A program made the translations under genes and the position numbers. This document shows positions 47,583-54,426 of a stretch of DNA of 54,426 bases, piece by piece. The DNA comes from a virus (taxonomy: Duplodnaviria; Caudoviricetes). The first letter of the stretch is position 1; each line of letters starts with the position of its first letter. A model generated the notes under the pieces. It was not told the DNA's origin. It made no database searches and saw only the letters and a list, made by a program, of their open reading frames with translations. The DNA lies in the IMG/VR virus record IMGVR_UViG_3300042564_004473, positions 1-54,426 of that record; one strand, given 5' to 3'.

Positions 47583-48509
47583 ATGAAAAAAGTAATAAGA
47601 TTAACCGAATCAGATTTAGAAAAAATCGTTAAAAGAGTTCTTAAAGAACAATCGGTTATTGGTGCGCCTAATTATGGTATGATTGATTGGAAATCATATG
47701 ACAAACCTTCAAATAATTCAACTGATAGGGTTATTGAAATCCAAAAATCCCTTATACGAAAAGGGTACGATGTTGGAAAAAGGGGTGCTGATGGAGACTT
47801 TGGAAGGGCTACCAGAATGGCAATTATAAAATTTCAAAAAGATAATAAGATTAAACAAACTGGTGATGTAGACCCAATAACCGCTAAAGCTTTAGGGGTT
47901 AAACCTATTATATTATCGAAAGATAGTGGATTTATTTTGATATGGGCATTTCCAGAATATGAACCTAAAATTGATGGGAAAGGTATGGGAGACCAACTAT
48001 TTGGTTCAGTAATAAGAAATTTATCAGGTGGAGGAACAAAAGGTACTTATGGTAAATTAGGTCACGGTGGTTGTGTTGTTATTAAATCAAATGGTGATGC
48101 AACTTGTTATGAATTTGGTAGATATCCTGGAGTTAAAAAAGAAGGATATGGAAAAGTATTAACTCACCCATTAGGTAATGTTGCTAAAATTAAAAACGGT
48201 AAATTATTAAATGGTAAACAAGTTGCAGAATTAGCAAGAAGAAAAACTTTTCCTCCCGGACCAACAATGTCAATGACAGTTGCCGAGGTTAAATTACCGA
48301 ACCCATCAAAATCGATTGAATATGCTTCAGTAAAAGAAAGAGATTATAGTGCACTAGATTTTAAAATCGGTGATGAGGCTAATTGTGGTACTTTTGCTCG
48401 TGATGTTGCTTATTATGGAGGAGTTGAGGTGAGTTCGTTTTGTTACCCAACCCCAATTTCAGTTGTGAATAGTTTTAAAGACAAATCAGATAATTTCTAC
48501 GTAGTTTAG
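47583..48509 (+). CDS. Leader plus PG-binding domain plus possible permuted papain-like hydrolase
   Basis: LTESDLEKIV; GADGDFGRAT..FQ; GHGGCVV..YEFGRY and NCGTFA (His before Cys). Confidence 0.65.
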   Translation: MKKVIRLTESDLEKIVKRVLKEQSVIGAPNYGMIDWKSYDKPSNNSTDRVIEIQKSLIRKGYDVGKRGADGDFGRATRMAIIKFQKDNKIKQTGDVDPITAKALGVKPIILSKDSGFILIWAFPEYEPKIDGKGMGDQLFGSVIRNLSGGGTKGTYGKLGHGGCVVIKSNGDATCYEFGRYPGVKKEGYGKVLTHPLGNVAKIKNGKLLNGKQVAELARRKTFPPGPTMSMTVAEVKLPNPSKSIEYASVKERDYSALDFKIGDEANCGTFARDVAYYGGVEVSSFCYPTPISVVNSFKDKSDNFYVV

Positions 48510-49111
48510 TAATTATTATAAATTGTTTTAACGTTAGGATTTTTATAGATATCTACAGGTGTGATAACCATTTCATTTAAATTAATTGAATTGCGATTAT
48601 ATCGTTTCTTAATTGCCGCCTTAACAACATCATTGTTAAGGTTGTAATCTCGGATTTTTTTACCGTAACCTACAAATCTGTCACCAGCAACCATTACTTT
48701 ATATACTAATTCAGAACAATACATTTTGTCATCTGACCATTTAAATTGAGAATCGTAATTTTTACCCAAAAGACTTACCGCATAATTAAACATATTGTTT
48801 AATTCACTTTTAGTTAATGGGTTTTTAACTCTTGAAACAATATATTTTTTACCCACCCCACGATTTATCCATTCTTGTAATGGAGTTTTTTTTACAGGTT
48901 GTACTGCTTCAAAAACATAAGGTTTTCCATTTCGAAAAAAAATGATTCCACAATGAGTCAGCTTTGATTCTGTTATCTGTTGAATCATTTTACTCTGAGA
49001 GGATTTGGAAGTTTGGAAAATAATATCTCCATTTTTAAAATCTTGAGACATACAAGATTCAAACATAAAACTCATAATACTAATAACTAATAATAAATTT
49101 TTCTTTTTCAT
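48506..49111 (-). CDS. YiiX/YebB-like permuted NlpC/P60 cysteine hydrolase
   Basis: GDIIFQ, THCGI, VFEA, YD..F..MYCSELV. Confidence 0.88.
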   Translation of the reverse strand: MKKKNLLLVISIMSFMFESCMSQDFKNGDIIFQTSKSSQSKMIQQITESKLTHCGIIFFRNGKPYVFEAVQPVKKTPLQEWINRGVGKKYIVSRVKNPLTKSELNNMFNYAVSLLGKNYDSQFKWSDDKMYCSELVYKVMVAGDRFVGYGKKIRDYNLNNDVVKAAIKKRYNRNSINLNEMVITPVDIYKNPNVKTIYNNY

Positions 49112-49244
49112 ATCTTTATAATTTAATAGGATACAAATATACTACTTTAAATTTAATCACCAAAAAAATAAACATCAAATTTTTTATTAAAAAACATTTG
49201 GAAGACTCGGATATTATTGTATCTTTGTAAAAACATTTATTAAA

Positions 49245-49328
49245 ATGAAAGTGTTATTTTTAGATAATGATAGAGTAATTTGTCTTTCCAATAATTGGGG
49301 AAGTAGAGGTAATAAATGGAAAAAATAA
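49245..49328 (+). pseudogene. Truncated HAD-family phosphatase remnant
   Basis: MKVLFLDNDRVICLSNNWGSRGNKWKK then stop; resembles HAD motif I (FLDxDGV). Confidence 0.5.
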
Positions 49329-49351
49329 TTAAATTTTTAAAACAATAATAT

Positions 49352-49786
49352 ATGAAAACAATCATCACATCTTTAATGATGTTCTTCTCGGTTATGGCGT
49401 TCGCTCAAAAACCGATGGTGGGTTTTACACCTGCAGAAATTAAACAACAAAATTACCTTGAATTTAGTACTTTGTATGATTCTTGGAGTGTGGACGAAGC
49501 CGATGGGTTTTATATGTTATATACCGAAGTACCAAATATAGACGGATATGCGTATTATTACTTTGCTAATGGTGCTGAATTAAATTACCTAAGTGCTTTG
49601 ATAATGTATGATTATAATACATATAAACGTATTAAATACAATACTATAAAAAGTTGCGTTCAACAACCTAAAGGTTGGTACAAACAAAAAAGTAGCGGAT
49701 TATATGTTTATTTTCAAAAAAATAATGGTGATGGAAAAAATATATATTCAATTATTTATTCATACCAAATGTTTGAAATGAAATAA
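49352..49786 (+). CDS. Secreted hypothetical protein
   Basis: Signal ..AFA|Q. Confidence 0.7.
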   Translation: MKTIITSLMMFFSVMAFAQKPMVGFTPAEIKQQNYLEFSTLYDSWSVDEADGFYMLYTEVPNIDGYAYYYFANGAELNYLSALIMYDYNTYKRIKYNTIKSCVQQPKGWYKQKSSGLYVYFQKNNGDGKNIYSIIYSYQMFEMK

Positions 49787-49822
49787 ATAGAAAGTATTTG
49801 GAAAATACTATAAAAATTTATT

Positions 49823-50233
49823 ATGAAAAAGAAAAAAATATACCTTGATGACATTCGTACACCTGTCGATAAACAATGGACGGTTGTTAGAAATTACGAT
49901 GAGTTTGTAGATAAAGTTACTGAAATTGGGTTAGAAAATATTAAATTAATTTCATTAGACCACGATTTAGGTGATTCTGCTATGAAAGAATGGCGTACTA
50001 ATGTATATAATAACTACGAATTGAATTACGATAACATAACTGAAAAAACAGGTATGGATTGTGCTAAATGGTTGGTTGAGAAATGGTTAGACGGAGCACC
50101 TGTTGTTGAAGTTGTTATTCACTCGGCAAATGCTGTCGGTAGTGCAAATATGATGGGATATATCAACAACTACCGTCACATAAATCGTTTACCTCAAAAT
50201 TGTGTAAGAGTACGAATCGAACATACCGTATAA
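49823..50233 (+). CDS. Cyclic-phosphate-processing receiver-like domain protein
   Basis: IYLDDIR, ISLDHDLG, TGMDCAKWL, IHSANAVG. Confidence 0.8.
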   Translation: MKKKKIYLDDIRTPVDKQWTVVRNYDEFVDKVTEIGLENIKLISLDHDLGDSAMKEWRTNVYNNYELNYDNITEKTGMDCAKWLVEKWLDGAPVVEVVIHSANAVGSANMMGYINNYRHINRLPQNCVRVRIEHTV

Positions 50234-50234
50234 T

Positions 50235-50468
50235 ATGACAAAATTTGAATATAAATTATTAGCATTTTTAAATGTAATGTGGATGATTATACTCCCGTTG
50301 GTTATTGCTAACGGGATTTATTATCTTCTTGGAAGTTTTATTGCTCGGGACTTAAATCCTCATCACTGGTGGATGTTCACATCAACATTTGGTAGAGTTT
50401 TGATGGTATTTTTTGAGGTTATGATATTACTTAGTATACCCAAGTGGTGGGAACAATTTAAAAATTAA
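50235..50468 (+). CDS. Small two-TM membrane protein
   Basis: Hydrophobicity pattern. Confidence 0.6.
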   Translation: MTKFEYKLLAFLNVMWMIILPLVIANGIYYLLGSFIARDLNPHHWWMFTSTFGRVLMVFFEVMILLSIPKWWEQFKN

Positions 50469-50503
50469 TTTGGAGGTTTAAAAAAAATAACTACCTTTGA
50501 GTT

Positions 50504-50995
50504 ATGAATATATTTTTTCTTGATTACGACGTTAAAAAATGTGCACAATATCACGTAGATAAACACGTGGTTAAAATGATTTTGGAAACCGCACAATTAC
50601 TGTGTGGAGTTCATCAGGTAATTGGTACAACTGATGTACCATACAAGTTGTCACATAAAAATCATCCTTGTTCAATATGGACGAGAAAGTCATTATCAAA
50701 CTATTTGTACTTGTGTGAGTTAGGTTTGGAGTTATGTAAGGAGTACACTTATCGATATGGTAAAAGACATAAATCTCAGGATGTTATTGAATGGTGTCTG
50801 ATTAATAAACCAAACATTCCTGATATTGGATTTACAGAACCTGCAAAGGCAATGCCTGATGAATACAAAGCAAAATCCGTGGTTGAATCTTATAGAAATT
50901 ATTATATGGGTGCAAAATCAGGATTTGCGGTTTGGAAAAACAGAGAAAAACCTGAATGGTTTAAAGAAAATGTATTAGATTTGCAGTATGATTAA
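50504..50995 (+). CDS. Pyrimidine-dimer DNA glycosylase / endonuclease V family protein
   Basis: MNIFFLD..DKHVVKMILETAQLL, HKNHPC..W, EY..RYGKRH. Confidence 0.8.
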   Translation: MNIFFLDYDVKKCAQYHVDKHVVKMILETAQLLCGVHQVIGTTDVPYKLSHKNHPCSIWTRKSLSNYLYLCELGLELCKEYTYRYGKRHKSQDVIEWCLINKPNIPDIGFTEPAKAMPDEYKAKSVVESYRNYYMGAKSGFAVWKNREKPEWFKENVLDLQYD

Positions 50996-51641
50996 GATTG
51001 ATAAAGATAGAAAGGTATGGATAACCTCCGACACACACTATGGACACAAAAATATCTGTAGAGGAGTAACGTCTTGGAGATTACCAGATGGAAGTATTCC
51101 AATAAATAAAACTAGAGATTTTGATACGATAGAAGAGATGAACGAAGCTATCGTAGATGGAATCAATAGTGTTGTTGGACAAGACGATGTGTTAATTCAT
51201 CTTGGTGATTTTTCTTTTGGGGGATTTGAAAACATCCAAAAGTTTAGAGATAGAATTATTTGTAAGGAAATTCACCTTATATTGGGTAATCACGATACCA
51301 GCATAGAAAATAACAAAGGTGATGTTCAGGAATTATTTACAAGTGTTAATCACTATACAAGATTATTATATAAAAATAAAACATTTGTCTTATCTCATTT
51401 TCCAATATCGTCGTGGGATGGATTAAGTAAAGGTAATATCCAACTTCACGGGCACGTGCATCTCCCGACAAATTTAAGATTTGGTAAAGGTAAGAAAATG
51501 GACGTTGGTATGGACGGTCACCCAACGTTTGGTGTGTATGATATGAATGATATTATACAAATGATGGATAAACGTGAGATTGCTTCAGATATGTTATTTG
51601 ACCACCACACAGATGAAATTATTAACAAAGATAAAGGGTAA
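50988..51641 (+). CDS. Metallophosphoesterase
   Basis: SDTHYGH, HLGD, GNHD, SHFP, HGHVH. Confidence 0.9.
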   Translation: MIKIDKDRKVWITSDTHYGHKNICRGVTSWRLPDGSIPINKTRDFDTIEEMNEAIVDGINSVVGQDDVLIHLGDFSFGGFENIQKFRDRIICKEIHLILGNHDTSIENNKGDVQELFTSVNHYTRLLYKNKTFVLSHFPISSWDGLSKGNIQLHGHVHLPTNLRFGKGKKMDVGMDGHPTFGVYDMNDIIQMMDKREIASDMLFDHHTDEIINKDKG

Positions 51642-51644
51642 ACT

Positions 51645-52439
51645 ATGTCAAGATTAGATAGATTAAAAGAACAACATCCTGAGTTGAACATATCGTTAAT
51701 CGATATGTTAGTAAAGGTTGACCCGACTAGTACCTACAAGTACACCGAGTTTTTAATTAAAATGATTAAGGAAATGTTCATCGATGATGATGCCAGTGAT
51801 ATTGGATTAAACATAGGAATAGACATTTTAGGTTGGGATAATGTTGACTCTCTTAATGAATTTGAAATTCATTCTCGTGCGGGTAGAATTAAAAACTCGG
51901 ATATTAGTTCATACAAAAATTGGAAACAAATTGAGAATTCGGTTAAAGATGCGGAAGAAGTTGTTAAACAAAAAGAGGCGGAAAAACAGATTAATAAATT
52001 ATATGATGATTCTGAATGGTTGGTTGTAATTCCTCTTAGTTTTGAATCGTCAAAAGTGTACGGTATGGGAACTAAATGGTGTACCACTCAGGAAAATCAT
52101 TGGAATGATTATATCTCTAACTATAAAATGATTTACATAATCAATAAATTAAGTAATGAGAAATACGCAATCTCGAGAGATAAGAGGTCCGATTCTAAAA
52201 TACAGGCTTGGTTGTCTGATGATAAGGAAACAAGTCCTTTTATGTTACCATTACCCTCAAATATTATGTCAATTATTACTGAAGAAGTTCGTAAAAAAGA
52301 ATGTATTAGGGATTTAATGGGGGGTATTTCAGATGAGATTAAAGATGATGTATATGATGTTATGAAATACATTGAAGGTTTATACGGTAATTACGCCGTT
52401 AATTCGACTAATAATAATTTACCTCCCAGTTATTGGTAA
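51645..52439 (+). CDS. WCT-motif domain protein
   Basis: EWLVVIPLSFESSKVYGMGTKWCTT. Confidence 0.75.
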   Translation: MSRLDRLKEQHPELNISLIDMLVKVDPTSTYKYTEFLIKMIKEMFIDDDASDIGLNIGIDILGWDNVDSLNEFEIHSRAGRIKNSDISSYKNWKQIENSVKDAEEVVKQKEAEKQINKLYDDSEWLVVIPLSFESSKVYGMGTKWCTTQENHWNDYISNYKMIYIINKLSNEKYAISRDKRSDSKIQAWLSDDKETSPFMLPLPSNIMSIITEEVRKKECIRDLMGGISDEIKDDVYDVMKYIEGLYGNYAVNSTNNNLPPSYW

Positions 52440-52502
52440 AATCTTTTAAACTTAAATGAGATTGATACTTGGTAATTAAATAAAAAAAAGTATATTTGTG
52501 GT

Positions 52503-52901
52503 ATGAAAAAATTATTTTTAGTTCGCGGTATTCCGAATTCAGGTAAGTCTACATTTGCGAAAGAATTAGGTGGTGTTCATTTTGAAACTGATAACTATTT
52601 TATGGTTGATGGTGAGTATAAATTTGACGGTACTAAATTAAAAGACGCTCATCAATGGTGTCAAAATGAAGTCAATAATGCAATGATTTTAAATCACACC
52701 GCAAAAATTAATGATAGAATTGTAGTTTCAAATACATTCACTCAAGAGTGGGAAATGAAACCGTATTTTGAAATGGCGAAAGAATGGGGTTATACCGTGT
52801 TCTCGATTATTGTGGAAAATAGACACGGAGGTATTAATGAACACGGGGTTCCCGAAGATAAATTGGAAATGATGAAAAATCGTTTTGAGGTTAGATTATA
52901 A
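52503..52901 (+). CDS. P-loop kinase (AAA_33 / polynucleotide-kinase-like)
   Basis: RGIPNSGKST, AHQWC, VSNTF, HGVP. Confidence 0.85.
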   Translation: MKKLFLVRGIPNSGKSTFAKELGGVHFETDNYFMVDGEYKFDGTKLKDAHQWCQNEVNNAMILNHTAKINDRIVVSNTFTQEWEMKPYFEMAKEWGYTVFSIIVENRHGGINEHGVPEDKLEMMKNRFEVRL

Positions 52902-52958
52902 AATGATTGAAGTTATGGGATTACTTTACATTAGTAGATATTTATAATAAAGAGATTT

Positions 52959-53726
52959 ATGATAGGTATTTACAAAATTACCAACCCCAAAGGTAAAATA
53001 TATATTGGTCAAAGCACAGATATTGAATATAGGTTTTATGGTTATAAAAAAATCATTAGATGTAAAAGTCAAAAAAAACTCTATAATTCATTAATAAAAT
53101 ATGGTGTTGAAAATCACATATTTTCCATTATTGAGGAATGTGAGGTTGAGGTGATGAATGAACGAGAAAGATATTGGCAGGATTATTTTAATGTTATTAA
53201 GAAAGGACTTAACTTAAAATTAACAGGATATGATGATAAAATGGTGTCTTTATCTGATGAGACAAAAGAAAAAATAAAACAAGGATTAAAAAAATATTTT
53301 AATAATTTAACAGAAGAAGAAAAAAATAAAATTTACGGAAAAAGTTCATTATTAAGAAAAGGAAAACCTGGTAATAGAAAAGGAAGTAAATTAACTGATG
53401 AGCAAAGAAAAAAAATTGGTTTATCTTTAAAGGGGCATAAAGTATCTGATGAAACAAAAGAAAAAATAAAACTATCAATGATAGGTAGAACTATTACTTG
53501 GGGAGATAAAATCAGTGAAAAATTAAAAGGAAAACCAAACTTAAAAAATAGAGGAAGGGGGAATAAACCGATAATACAATTTGATAAAAAAAATAATCAA
53601 ATAAAAGAATGGAATTCAATATCCGAAGCTTCGAAAGAAACGAAAATATCGTTCAACTCAATTTCCAATAATTTAGTTGGTAGATGTAAAAGTGCCGGTG
53701 GATTTATTTGGAAATATAAAATGTGA
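52959..53726 (+). CDS. GIY-YIG homing endonuclease with NUMOD3/NUMOD1-like repeats
   Basis: GIYKI..YIGQS, NERERYW, SDETKEKI repeats, SAGGFIWKY. Confidence 0.9.
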   Translation: MIGIYKITNPKGKIYIGQSTDIEYRFYGYKKIIRCKSQKKLYNSLIKYGVENHIFSIIEECEVEVMNERERYWQDYFNVIKKGLNLKLTGYDDKMVSLSDETKEKIKQGLKKYFNNLTEEEKNKIYGKSSLLRKGKPGNRKGSKLTDEQRKKIGLSLKGHKVSDETKEKIKLSMIGRTITWGDKISEKLKGKPNLKNRGRGNKPIIQFDKKNNQIKEWNSISEASKETKISFNSISNNLVGRCKSAGGFIWKYKM

Positions 53727-53730
53727 AATT

Positions 53731-54426
53731 ATGATAGAAGAATTAAATAGATTATATGAAGAGGGTTTACTACATAAACAATTTCATCCGAAATATCCAT
53801 TAATTATATGGAATTATTCGCCACGTGTACAGTATGAAAAACTTTGGACACAACTATTAATGGGGTGTCGTGGTTTAGTTACGGATTTTGATGGTAATGT
53901 TGTTGCAAGACCGTTTAGTAAATTCTTCAATTACGAAGAACTAACACCCGAACAAATTCCAAATGAATATTTTGATGTCTACGAAAAAATGGATGGTTCT
54001 TTGGGTATATTGTTCAATTACAACGGTGAATGGATATTGGCAACCAGAGGTTCATTTACTTCAGAACAATCAATTAAAGGTCGTCAACTACTTGAAAAAT
54101 ATGACTATAATAGATTAAATCCTAATTACACGTATTTGTTTGAGATAATCTATCCTGAGAATAGAATAGTTTGTTCTTACGATTTTGAGGACTTGATATT
54201 GTTAGGGATGATACATACTGAAACCGGTGATGAAGTTAACATCCATCGCACTGATAATGAAGATATTCGTTTCAAGAATTTGTTAAATAACTTAGGTTTT
54301 AAAATTGTCACACTATATAAAACTTGGGGTGAGGGATTTGATGTGTTAAAAAAAGAAATATCTAAGGATAAAGAAGGATATGTAATTCGTTTTAAAAATG
54401 GTTTTCGTATGAAAATTAAAGGAGAA
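53731..54426 (+). CDS. T4 Rnl1/RnlA-family RNA ligase (3'-partial)
   Basis: Hand-translated: CRGLV, RPFSKFFNY, EKMDGSLG, ATRGSF, YLFEII, EGYVIRF, MKIK; runs off the window. Confidence 0.9.
   Translation, partial: MIEELNRLYEEGLLHKQFHPKYPLIIWNYSPRVQYEKLWTQLLMGCRGLVTDFDGNVVARPFSKFFNYEELTPEQIPNEYFDVYEKMDGSLGILFNYNGEWILATRGSFTSEQSIKGRQLLEKYDYNRLNPNYTYLFEIIYPENRIVCSYDFEDLILLGMIHTETGDEVNIHRTDNEDIRFKNLLNNLGFKIVTLYKTWGEGFDVLKKEISKDKEGYVIRFKNGFRMKIKGE

Larger units (their letters stand above)
1..54426. mobile_element. Segment of a large bacteriophage genome, probable Bacteroidota host
   Basis: Mostly orphan ORFs, endolysin, homing endonucleases, tRNAs, RNA ligase, no bacterial housekeeping operons; TAnnTTTG promoters and T9SS CTD indicate host phylum. 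Confidence 0.9.

Noticed and set aside
1268-52372. Many short ORFs overlapping longer genes (e.g. 1268, 2802, 7872, 9117, 23379, 37697, 52133)
   Set aside because: Antisense or off-frame shadows of better-supported genes, with no motifs.
52902-53730. Group I intron around the GIY-YIG gene
   Set aside because: Flanks are too short for an intron core and neighbouring genes are not split.

Overview
AT-rich, densely coding 54 kb segment of a large lytic-type phage that most likely infects Bacteroidota. Host evidence: TAnnTTTG promoters, Gln directly after signal peptides, and a T9SS C-terminal sorting signal. No core capsid, terminase or replication genes were recognised, so this is accessory, virion-cargo and host-takeover sequence. 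Recognisable genes: PPK2, ClpP, acyl-CoA thioesterase, GH19 endolysin, HNH and GIY-YIG nucleases, a DenV-like glycosylase, an RNA-repair cluster ending in an Rnl1-type ligase, two tRNAs and one aberrant tRNA-like gene. Most notable: (1) a 36-nt repeat / 30-nt spacer array at 1-268 that has CRISPR geometry but is read in frame inside a minus-strand gene missing from the ORF track; (2) a seven-gene secreted cohesin/dockerin/T9SS/CsgG/lectin module; (3) interchangeable N-terminal leader peptides linked to a phage ATATTTAT promoter motif; (4) several unassigned structured RNA candidates. All family calls come from motif recognition by eye; no searches were run.
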